DNA from: Syncephalis fuscata S228
Taxonomy: Eukaryota; Fungi; Zoopagomycota
Reading direction: 5' to 3'
Assembly: GCA_025786725.1 (NCBI GenBank)
Contig: JAHLTZ010000019.1
Span: 310,001-374,000 of the forward strand
DNA: 64,000 nucleotides
A program made the translations under genes and the position numbers. Shown in pieces: positions 10,536 to 21,954 of the stretch. The notes below the pieces were generated by a model. The model searched no databases. It saw only the letters and a list, made by a program, of their open reading frames with translations, and was not told the DNA's origin. Position 1 is the stretch's first letter, and every line of letters starts with the position of its first letter.

Positions 10536-11208
10536 ATGAAGGCCTCCGCTACCATTCTTTTCGTCGCCGCTTTGGCTATGGGTGCCGCTGCTCAGTGTAA
10601 GTATTTGTGCTGGCAATAGTTCTAGCCGTAGGTGATTGTTACCAATCATGGTCGGTTTGTTTCCTTGGAGCATGCCGATCCATGAATTAAACACTCAGCC
10701 AATCTATGTATTGCAAAGATCACTGTACTAATCTTTTATTTGCAATTATAGCATCATCCTCGACACCCGCTGCTACCCCCACTGGCGCCGCTTCCACACC
10801 ACCTGCTGCTCCTACTGCCCCGCTGCCCCTGTCGTTGAATCGGAACTCGTGAAGTGCATGGAGCGCGAGAAGTGTAACGGTAACCTCGCCTGTAATGCCA
10901 AGTGCGCTGGTGTGCCAAACCCATCTCCCGACCAGGCCAACCGCACCAACACCTGTACTGCTGCTTGTGACAACAAGAACACTGAAAGCTACAAAACCTG
11001 TATCAACAAGTGCATCACCACGATCTTCTTGGTCAACCAAAACGTTAACACTGGTACTGGCAGCAACTCGACCGGCAACGGCGCCACCGGCAAAGACGGC
11101 GCAAAGAACGGCACCAGCGGCAACAACGGTTCTTATGCCAACTCCCCAGCTGGCTACACCACATTCGTGGCTGCCGCTGCTTTGTTCGCTTCTTTCCTTA
11201 TCCTCTAA
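10536..11208 (+). CDS. Secreted, probably GPI-anchored 8-Cys surface protein (paralog 2)
   Basis: Signal MKASATILFVAALAMGAAAQ; intron 10597-10751; P/A/T linker (1-nt shift in a C run near 10820); KCMEREKCNGNLACNAKCAGVPNPSPDQANRTNTCTAACDNKNTESYKTCINKCI; G/N/T stalk; terminal TFVAAAALFASFLIL*. Confidence 0.85.
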
Positions 11209-11799
11209 ACTTGTAAGAAGCACTTAGAAATCTTGGATTTTCACTGCTCGTTCACATCCTCTATTTCACTTTTAATAAGTTCAGATCTGTTTTCTCCGTG
11301 TTTTACGCTAACTGCAGCTGTGCAGTAGCGTTTATGGATGGCTTCCATTTTTAATATGGATACATGCCTACCACTGAAATTTATAGTAATATAACCTAGT
11401 ATTTTTGCGCAAATTACTGTTTAAACTTGATACAGTGTTTATTTATCAAATAGTGCTTTTACAGAAAGCAAAAATAATAATGGCGACTTTGTGTGTACAC
11501 TAACTGTAGTTACAGTAATGCTCTTTTAGTAGCTTCCATTCTGCTTAATACGTATGCAGCCCAATGCTCTGAAATCATTAGTAAACATGTTTTATGATAT
11601 ACATTGGTTTGCTGAGTATTTTAGTTTTTATTATTTGTACTCCGCTTATTACTTTGGAGCTAATTTGTTTAATTCACCATGTTAATAACGCAACAAATAT
11701 GTAGTACGTTTATTTATGTGCTGAAGTTATAGTCTATATAACACGAAAAGTGGAATGGGCAAAGTATACCAAGACTACAACAAATAAACATAGCTAATA

Positions 11800-12010
11800 T
11801 AACATAGAATGATAATATTGATACAAATACACAATGAAAGTGATATAAATGGATAAAGGATATATACGTACTGGATAATAAATCTATAATAATGAGTATT
11901 TGATGATTAATGTCACTCGCCACCCACCATCATGTTCAATAGAAAAAATGCTTAGTCCACCCAAGCAAACGTTATCAAGTGTAGTTATTTATCTCCTCAA
12001 GTCCCACTAA
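11800..12010. repeat. Copy of repeat family A (arm of the MITE-like element)
   Basis: tactggataataaatcta.aat.atgagtatttgatgatt.atgtcactc.ccac...catcatgttcaatagaa is the reverse complement of ~21040-21180 and ~24640-24730; a further partial copy lies at ~6550-6650. Confidence 0.7.
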
Positions 12011-12868
12011 ATAGTAGCAAATTGAGCAATAGCTTGAACATGAATAAACTATTGATATTTGATACAACGTATGATATATTCATCAAATAATGAACCGATA
12101 GAAGCCACAGCACTAGTGGCGACTTTATATGCATGTGTCGAAGTCCTTATGTGTATTAAATATCTTTGGCTGTTTTGGATTAATAAGGCAAACTAGTAGC
12201 TACCCGTATAGGCCAGTGTTAGTGTCAGTGTTAGCATCAAAAACTGTAGGTTTCATTAAAGGCGAGCTCCAATAGCAAAAGGCCGGTCACCCAAAGATTT
12301 GGACATTTGTCGTTAAAACTTTGGTAGATGGCAAGGAACGTGATGGACAAAAATAGATAGCGATAGAAGGTTGGTGATGCACGATATGCACAACAGAGCG
12401 TTGCAGTTTACGAAGTTGGAGCACGTAATTGGTGTAAAATCACAAAGGCTGCAAGATGTACAAATGGCCATGATGACTCAAAAATAGATTTGCTCTTGCT
12501 GCGTTAATTTTGCATTGTGCATTAGGAGGCCTGCCCCTAAATTAATAGGCCTGTATTCGCCCAAGTAACTCGTTACACATAAGTGTTCAGCGTGACATTC
12601 TGACAAATTATGACACAGTTACCTGACTCAATAACAAATACCAAGAAGATCGCAGCTATAAAAGACTAGTTGATTTACAACTGTTTACTCGGCACTTACA
12701 GCCAACTGGCAGTGCAACACTCTACTTGTCTCATATCATTTATTTAAGTCGCAATCTTGTCATTTCTACTTACAAGTACCGTGAAGCTCTGCCATCAGTC
12801 ACCAGACATTTGCTATCAGTTAGCTAGTTTACTCTTTTTTATTCAAGTAACATCAATTTATTTCAAAT

Positions 12869-14884
12869 ATGAGCGATCAACAATCTGTAACGGACATCTT
12901 TCGTCCGGTCACTGATCTTTTCTCACAACAACAGCTTCAAATGATGCTACTAGCATGGCTGCCACTTAAAATGAGTGGTATTTTACAAACGGATGTCTAT
13001 GTCGTGGATATGTTTATCACAACCGTCGTCAGCTCACTTATTGTTGCGCTTTTGGCCGTTACCGGCAAATACGGCAGTAAGATCCTTGCATGGTTTAAAT
13101 CCGGCCCCGAAGTCGGTACCATCAGTATCCAAGTCAACTACTATCGTATCGGTTATTGGGGTGAAGATATCGTCAACTCACATTACACTTCGCTTGCCTG
13201 GATGGTTTCACGTGCTGCATGCGGTCTTAATAGCGGTGATTTTATTTTAATGCCAAATCCCGACTATGACAGCGATGACACTATGCTTGAATTCAGCTTA
13301 CTTCCTCAGTACACTTCACAATGCTGGGTCGAATATAAAAATGCCAAATATCACGTCCGATTCGACCAAACAAACACCGCAAGCAACGATAGCGATGGCA
13401 AGGCGAAGAAGAGTGCCCCGCCTGCCATTATTATCTCCACCTCGCCCGATGATGTACGCAATGTTAACTGGGCGACCGAGTTCATGACCAGTGTCTCGGA
13501 GGAGCATCGCGAATACGAGAAGAGTAAGAAGGAGCGAGGACGTTGGGAGTTAGATTCGAATGGAAATTGGTTTTATGTAAGTAATAACATTTATCGGATC
13601 ATTGGCATTAGAACTGTGTGACTCATTTATGTTTTATTAACACAGGTACTTAAGCAACATAGCAACAGAGGACTCGAGAGTGTTGCATTGACCAAGGAGC
13701 ATGAAACGGAATTGAATCGCGATCTTAACACCTTCCTTGCGGACCGTGAGTTCTACACACGTGTTGGCCTTCCTTATCGCCGCGGCTACCTTTTCCACGG
13801 CAAGCCCGGTACCGGCAAAACCAGTCTAATCAACGCGATATCCGCCCAGCTTAACCGCGATGTCTATTACATGAACCTGTGCAACATCAAAAGCGACTCT
13901 ATGCTCCAATCTGCTTTCTCTCGTGTGCCACCAAACCAAGTAATTGTGTTTGAAGATATTGACGCAATGTCTCGCGTCTGTCACCGTCGAGATCGTAATC
14001 CGCTAAAGGCGCTCTCCTCGGATTCGGACAAACCGGAGGCTGGCAACAAGGCATCGTCGTCGGAAAAAGATGGTGAATTATCCAATATTATTAGCACATC
14101 TATTCTTTCAGGACCTTCAATGCTACAAGGGCCATTTACCTTATCCTGTATGCTTAACTGCCTTGATGGTCATATTTTAAACGACGGTATTATTACTGTA
14201 ATGACAAGCAATCATCCAGAGAAACTTGATCCAGCCTTAATCCGCGCCGGTCGCATTGATCTGAACCTTAAGCTGGATTATGTCGACCGTTATCAAGTGC
14301 AGCGTATGTATCAGCTTGTCGTTACCGATGACGATGCGAAACATCCGCCACTTGACCAAGATTGGCTTAGCAATTTCCCTGAGTTTATTGTACCACCCTG
14401 CGAATGTATGCGAGTGATGATTCTATTCCGACGCGAAGCTCACCTTATTCCCGGCGAACTCGACAATCTTGTCCGTAAATACCAGAATGGTGAAATAGAT
14501 CCTGAACTGGTAATGAAAGACGAGGAAGGCTATGTTGGCTCAGATAACGGCCAGGAAAACAGCGCTTCTGCTGAAGCTTCAGCATCTGCTGTTACACCTG
14601 CCGAACCAGTCAAATCTACCGAAACTACCGAAACTACCGAAACTAGTAAAGAAAACTCCTCTACTAATTCCGATACAGAAAAATCCGTAGATGATAAGAC
14701 AGCCACTGAGCTAATAGCTGCAGAATCAACAACAACAACAACAAAAGTTTTACCAGAAACTACTGATATCACCAAAACTGATGATGTACCAAGAGCGCCA
14801 TTAATCACATCTACAGAAGTTGTTGATGATACTACTACTACTACTACTATTACTACTACGACAGTTGAACCTACTGAAGCGTAA
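12869..14884 (+). CDS. BCS1-like AAA+ ATPase with N-terminal TM segment and T/E-rich tail
   Basis: FYTRVGLPYRRGYLFHGKPGTGKTS (Walker A), IVFEDID (Walker B), TLSCMLNCLDG and MTSNHPEKLDPALIRAGRID; one intron ~13577-13645. Confidence 0.9.
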
Positions 14885-15088
14885 TTAATCAATTTTGCTA
14901 CAACTCTTGACAACTTCTTTCTTATTTCCAATACTTTATAAAAATACTGCATAATTTGTAAGCTGTATTTACATTCATTTCAGTTTATTCTGTCTATATC
15001 TTGATCATTTCCCCCTTATTCATATAATAAATTTATTTGATTGTCAAGCAAATATTATTTCTATTATACTATTCTTTATTGGCTAAAC

Positions 15089-16168
15089 ATGTTACTTTAT
15101 TGTTATTTGTGCTTTAAAAGAGATGACTGGCCAGGTAACAGTGTCGAAATAAAGTACAACCTCAATAACTACAATTATTGTTCTGGTAATACCGATCTAT
15201 TTCTATGGCTCGATTGTAAGCATATATTATGCAAGCAATGCTTACCAAGAACGTACAAAAAAGGTAAGCTATATTTGTTAATGCTTATTGGTTATTGACT
15301 ATTTATTGAGCATAGACACAATGGTTCAATGTCCTTTATGTCGTCAAAGTGTAATATATCAATCTTTTACGTCAGAGGTATATATGCCACTAATTAGTAT
15401 AATAGAATACTAGATTTTAATATTATTATTTTTGTAGAACATGTCAGTAAAAATGGAATCTATTTTTAATCCATTCAAAGCTATACATCGTCATATTAAT
15501 ACTATGAATGAAGTAAGTAGTCGTTATTGTTATTACTATTATTAACTGGATTGCAGTTCTATCACCAGCATATTATGCGATTACTACAACATATCGATAA
15601 TAATATAGCATTGCCAAAAACAACGATTAACCAGCAGCATAATAATTTAGAATATGAAAGTATATTAAAACAAGCAATCAATAGCACGGTAACTCGCAAG
15701 GAACACATTGTAATTAAGAACAGTTTACACCAAAAATACCACACTACAGTTTATAACAAACAAAAACAGCATAACAGCAAATATAAAAGCCATTCTAGTG
15801 CTTACTACCAACATTCGCCATATTTTTTAATTGATCAAAACCTGCATCATAAACCTGACTATAAACTACTAAAGGTAAACACTAGCTTCCGTTCAAGATC
15901 CCCAGTCAATAAACCGGGCCAGCCTAATGAGCACAAGCCATCCTGGAGTACTAGCGCTGTTTTAAGAGGACCAAAACCTTTCTGCCTGACTGTCGGTAAC
16001 ACTTGTATAGCTAATAACTCAACTAAAGGGCCAGCTGATATTTTAACGGTTCAACCAACTCTACCAATGGCAAAAAGTGGCCTGGCTAGATTTGCCTATC
16101 AAGGCAGCATTACCAGAACTAATGCATCATGTTTGGCAAACTGGCATACAATTAATGTTAACAATTGA
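15089..16168 (+). CDS. Zip3/RNF212-like meiotic RING E3 ligase (multi-exon)
   Basis: Spliced: MLLYCYLCFKR...FLWLDCKHILCKQC...VQCPLCRQ...NMSVKMESIFNP...MNEFYHQHIMRLL. N-terminal C3HC4 RING followed by a coiled-coil region and a disordered tail. Confidence 0.6.
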
Positions 16169-16340
16169 TGGCATTCTATAACTGCTCTATATACAAATAA
16201 ACGACAATTAGCATAGTCATGAGAGTTATTTAAAATGATGCAATTTAATAATGGCTATTGTTTATCATGTTAGGATGGCTGTTTAGTTGTTTTTCAACTC
16301 TTTTTATTGCCTAATTCATTTCACGAGCGTTTATAGAAAT

Positions 16341-17360
16341 ATGAACCACATAGTCCGGCTGAAGCCAATGCATAACTGCCGACGTCTGTTGTCAGCCACG
16401 GCTGTGACGCGAAAAGCAGATTCATTGCACGGATCTAGTCAAATAGTAAGTCAATCTGCGACGCCTATGGAGGATCGCCTTGCAAAGCTGGAACAGCGCT
16501 TGAATGAAGCCATTATAGAGCTGCAGGTAATAGCGAGGCAGCATCTAGTTTTATATATAATGTGCTAATCATTGGGAAAAGGAACTGCGCGAGCGTAGTC
16601 TTGCTTCACAGGAACGAATGCAGCGTATTAATATGCTTAAGCGTCCGGAATATAAGCCACTACAGGGACTATTTGATAAATCGCTTCCTTGGCCAGCCCC
16701 GTTAATTCGGCGTTCAGAGGCTGCAAAAAACCAGAACAAAGTGGTGAAAAATAAACAAAGTTCGGCAGAAGATAGTATATCATTGAAGTTGTCGGATAAT
16801 GCGCTAAATAGCAGTACTAACCAGGATATCAATATTTCGGTAAATTCAAGATTAATATAAGTATATTTTAATGTGCTTACCGTATTTTAATGAAATAGAA
16901 TAATACAACGACTCATTTGCGCAAATTAAATGATGGAAAATCGGAAAATAATCAAATCGATTCTGAATTTACAGACGAAGATGAATTATTAATAGAAATG
17001 AGTAAAGCTACCAATAGGGCTGTATTGAACAAAGAAAGCAATTCTGCATTATCGGAAGAAGATATTGAGGTATTGTTACGACCAAAATACGTAGGCGATA
17101 ACAAGCTGGATGCATTACTTGATAATGTACTGTCGAAACCGACATCGTCCAAACGAAATAGCGGTGCATCTTTGCACAGACAGACAGATGACGATAAAGA
17201 TGATAAAATACCACCAAGACGTAATCATAATACCAAAGCATTATCTTCTGGTATTACTAGCAAATTACGAGAAAAACAGCATCTAGTAAAACGATTGCAT
17301 ACGCGGATTAACCAGTCGCAATCAAACATTGCATCTCATTCAACTTTACTTGATCACTAA
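16341..17360 (+). CDS. Hypothetical protein, possible mitochondrial presequence, coiled-coil (3 exons)
   Basis: MNHIVRLKPMHNCRRLLSATAVTRK (R-rich, acid-free N-terminus); GT-AG introns near 16527-16581 and 16840-16898 join three ORF-track segments. Confidence 0.6.
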
Positions 17361-17371
17361 TGTCCCGCACT

Positions 17372-17402
17372 ACTACTATTATTATTATTATTATTATTAT
17401 TA
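17372..17402. repeat. (ATT)n microsatellite
   Basis: Directly visible. Confidence 0.85.
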
Positions 17403-17542
17403 AATTAAAGATCATTCTAATCATGTATTTAATTATGATCGCGTTTTAATACAATAATTATGTTTAATTATTAAATAACGTATTCTAGTCATCATTAGCA
17501 GCAATAGATAGCGTGGCAGTTTGCATTAGGCATATCGGCTGA

Positions 17543-17995
17543 TTAATCCGACTTGCTTTCTGGCTTCTTCTTTTTCTTCTTCTTTTCTTTCTTGCTTGGC
17601 TCTACTGACTCGGCGACAGTTTCTTCAGCTGGATCTAGCATCATTACATCGACTGCTGCGTGCTGACTACCTGCCAAGTCGGATGGTTCCACCCCGGTGG
17701 CATTGATAGGCCATTCCGCGCTATCTGCTTGCAGTTCAGGTTCTGCTTCGCTTAGAAATGCCGGAGGTGGTGGTGGTGCGACGCCTGCCAGACTGCAACG
17801 CACCAACTCCAATTGATATGCCGCACCGATAGTCAGACACGTCTGTTCGTAGTCAATTCCCGTAGCACCTGGTGCATATTGCTCCATAAAGGTCGACAAC
17901 TCGGACAGAGCTGTCTCGCGCGACAGATCTTCAGCACGGAGTGCCTCAGTACGTAGCCACGAGGTAGGGGCGCGAGATGCATGAGTAGAAGCCAT
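17543..17995 (-). CDS. Putative RNA polymerase I subunit A14/Ker1-like protein
   Basis: LSRETALSELSTFME...AAYQLELVRCSLAGVAPP resembles yeast Rpa14 VSTDEVLQFLESFID...ISQLKRIQRDFKGLPP; Lys-rich nucleolar-type tail KKEKKKKKKK. Confidence 0.5.
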   Translation of the reverse strand: MASTHASRAPTSWLRTEALRAEDLSRETALSELSTFMEQYAPGATGIDYEQTCLTIGAAYQLELVRCSLAGVAPPPPPAFLSEAEPELQADSAEWPINATGVEPSDLAGSQHAAVDVMMLDPAEETVAESVEPSKKEKKKKKKKPESKSD

Positions 17996-18820
17996 TGCCA
18001 ATTATTTTGAATGGAAGAAAAAAAGAAAAATGGTTGTTTTATTGTGTAGATTCAACTCACCATTGTACTCACTCAGTCACATATGTTATGGCTTCACTGT
18101 TACTGTTCATAAAGTGTATTTGTTTGTGCTGTAGTTTTATTGTTTGTATTATAGTTGTTTTATTTAAAAATATTACTTTACCATTTAGTCCACTTGTTCT
18201 GATTTTTATTTATAAATACTTTGAAATAACTACCTACTTATGCTGTAATGTATATATAGTATTTTAATAGTAAATAGGTGTGTTTACTTTCAACATAAGC
18301 CCAATTTCTATATGATTTGCTATACAGTATACATATCTATTAAGAGCTATCTGTGTACATGTGGACACATTCTGACTGCATAACTGTGTGTTAATCTATT
18401 ATACTACTATCTGCTGCAACGCTGCAATACTCAGGATGAGTGATATGAATACATAGAGATAAGAGACGGAACTGATAGTGCAGGCGGGAACCAATAAGCA
18501 TCCAGTTTACCTTTTTAAATTTCTTTTTTTTCCTTGGTTTCGCCGCTTCTCTTTCTTCCCTTGACTCCATTACTGTCGCCATCGCTGTTGTTGTCATTGT
18601 CCGCACAGCATTTATCGAGATCTACGTGCGGTTGTGTGTATACAGCCATATCTATTGTTATTCTAATAGTATAGCCTAAAAAACAAGCTGTAAACGTGTG
18701 TCATTTGCGGCCGTTGATTGTAGTCATCTAGATTATAGCTACTTTTTCGCTAGCAATAGTTTTTCTTTTCCTCTTTGACGCACAGCATTTATCTCCCCAT
18801 AAAATTGCATAGCAGTCATC

Positions 18821-20734
18821 ATGTCGTCTGCTTCAAAGCAAAAGCGTAATGCCAAGAAGGCTGCCAAGACAGCCACCAAATCTAAAGGTGCTGATGCTGA
18901 TGTTGCTGCAGTTACCGCTGCAGTTGCACGCACCAAGATCAACGTCGACCTTACCTGCACAGGTGTACTTACATCTGAGCCAAGGTCGCGCGATATCAAG
19001 ATTGAATCATTTACTATGTCATACTTTGGTAATGAACTTATTCAAAACGCCAGTATTGAATTGAATTTCAATCGTCGTTATGGTTTGCTCGGCGCCAACG
19101 GATCTGGCAAGAGTACTTTCCTTAAAGCATTGGCGGATCGTGAAATGCCTATTCCTGACCACATTGATGTAAGTAAATAGACAACAGTTTAGTAAACACA
19201 CGTAGATCTATTGTCGGTAAACAAAAACACAAATTAACGCACTGGCTGCTTTAGATCTATCTTCTACGTGAAGAAGCACCTCCCACCGATATGACGCCAC
19301 TACGCTATGTCGTCAAATCGGCCGAAGATGAGATTGCTCGTCTTGAGCAACAGATTGAGCAGATTCTTGGTGAAGAAGATGGCGCTGACAATCCATTGTT
19401 GGACGATCTTTACGAACGTATTGAGTCTATGGATGCGGCTACCTTTGAAGTACGAGCTGCAAGACTTTTGTACGGTCTTGGCTTTGACAAAGCATTCATG
19501 GCCAAGAATACTGAAGACTTGTCTGGTGGTTGGCGTATGCGTGTTGCATTGGCCAAAGCATTGTTTGTACGCCCAACATTATTGTTGTTGGATGAGCCTA
19601 CCAACCATTTGGATCTGGAAGCATGTGTATGGCTTGAAGAATACCTAAAGACATACGACCGTATTCTCGTACTTGTTTCCCACTCACAAGACTTTTTGAA
19701 CGGCGTATGCACCAATACGATCAATCTTACAACAAAACGTCAGCTTGTCTACTATGGTGGTAACTACGACACCTACATTAAGACAAGGGCAGAAAACGAG
19801 GTTAATCAGAATAAGGCCTACGAAAAACAACAAGCAGAAATTGAACACATTAAGAAGTTTATTGCGTCGGCCGGTACCTACGCAAACTTGGTACGCCAAG
19901 CCAAGAGTAAACAAAAGATCATTGACAAAATGGAAGCGGATGGTTTAATTGAAAAGGTCGAGCCTCCTGTGAGCTACAAGTTCCGCTTCAATGAAACTAC
20001 TAAGCTGCCACCGCCAGTTTTATCGTTTGAAAACGTTTATTTCGCCTACTCAGGTCGTAAAGAAGACTGTTTGTACCGCGGTATCGATCTTGGTGTTGAC
20101 ATGGACTCGCGTATTGCTTTGGTTGGTCCTAATGGTGCTGGCAAGTCTACGCTACTCAAGCTTATGATGGGCGAGGTCGACTCAACCGATGGTCGTGTAC
20201 AGCGCCACTCACATCTTAAGCTGGCCAAATACAGCCAGCATAGCAACGACCAGCTTAACATGTCGCAAACACCAATCGAGTACATGCGTCTTAAGTTCCC
20301 GCAGCTCGCACTTGATACCGATGGCTGGCGTCGTCAGCTCGGCCGTTTCGGCGTATCTGGCTCTCGTCAAACTTCACCAATTGGTCATTTGTCCGATGGT
20401 ATTAAGTCACGTATTGTGTTTGCCGAAATTGCTCTTACCAATCCAAACATTATTCTATTGGACGAACCTAGTAAGTTACTTGTTTATTACCAATATACTC
20501 CATACTAATCAATAATATATTTAAACAGCCAACCACTTGGATATTGAATCTATCGACTCGTTGGCCGATGCCATTAACGAATACGAAGGTGGTGTTGTCC
20601 TAGTATCTCACGACTTCCGTTTGATTGGACAAGTAGCCAAGAACATTTGGGTATGTGAAAATGGCCAGGTATCCGAATGGAAGAAATCGATCAAGGACTA
20701 CAAGGATCTATTGCGAAAGAATGTTAAGATCTAA
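18821..20734 (+). CDS. ARB1: ABC-F family ATPase ABCF2/Arb1 (3 exons)
   Basis: Two ABC cassettes: [28 protein letters not shown] and [23 protein letters not shown]; introns near 19169-19254 and 20471-20528. Confidence 0.95.
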
Positions 20735-20984
20735 ATAGCATAGCTATTATCACTGTGATACTTGCGTATTTTTTTTAAAAAATAAACACATTTATATAGA
20801 ACCAAGACGACCTAATTACACATTGTTTTCTTTTGAATCAATAAATATATAACGGCATATAATATAATCATTTCATTAATGAACTAAGAATAGCTTTTTT
20901 CTTCTATTACGTCGACCTCCAGATGTGTGATGTGTATTATTTATCATATATTATCAATGATTTTATAAACAATTTACTAATCAT

Positions 20985-21855
20985 TTATGTGATTTGGGGG
21001 TTAAATGACTATTTTGATAACACTCGCGCAACTGAGCTGGACATTCGTTCTATTGAAGATGGGGCCAGGTGGTGAGTTTTATTAGCCATTAAAATACTCA
21101 TCATCATACATTCGTTATCCAGTATGCATATATTCAGTACACATATATCTTTTATTCATCTATATCATTCTCATTATATCCTAAACTACTATATATTAAT
21201 ATATTCCATACTAGACACGTTCTATTGTTTATATACTTTAGTGTACTTTACTCATTCCACTCATTGCATTATATGCACTATAGCATCAACATCGTTTTAT
21301 ATGTTTTTTTACCGTTTATTTATCATTTTATATATTATTCTATACTCACCTAGCCTCACTTTATTCAAAGCTGTTTTTATTTTTGTTCTAGCTTTATTAT
21401 TAATAAATGTCGGCTAATTCCACTCATTGATCATGCATATATGCTCAATAACTTCAACACAGCTAATCGTCGCTGAATATTGTATATTCATTCTATTGCA
21501 TATTGTTTTATTGTCTAATAAATACTCAGTTACTATTGTAGTTGTTATTTTAGTTCTAGCTCTATTATTGATAAAGTTCAATTAATGTTGCTCATTCGCT
21601 TATCAGTTTGTATGCCTTAAAATTTATAGCAAATAAAATGTATCCGATATAGCATAAAACTATATATAACAGTATAGATATAAATTGGTAATGATATATG
21701 CGCATAGAAAATATAAGTAAATGGCGGATATATGCATACTGAATAATAAATCTACAATGACGATTATTTGATGATTGATGCCATTCACCACTTAGCTACA
21801 CGTTCAATAGATTGGATGTTATCAAATATTAGTCATTTAACCACCAAACAAACAA
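20985..21855. mobile_element. MITE-like non-autonomous element with ~150-200 bp degenerate terminal inverted repeats (family A)
   Basis: Left arm tttgggggttaaatgactattttgataaca...ctattgaa...gtggtgag...ttatccagtatgcatatat versus reverse complement of 21720-21855 tttggtggttaaatgactaatatttgataaca..ctattgaa..gtggtga..ttattcagtatgcatatat; AT-rich non-coding interior. Confidence 0.6.
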
Positions 21856-21954
21856 TCAATGTGATGATGTGGTGATTAAACAGAGATTATCACCTGTCTC
21901 ATGTTCAATAGAACGAATGTGTGGTGGGCCGTTCCACAAATATATGGAAAAGAA

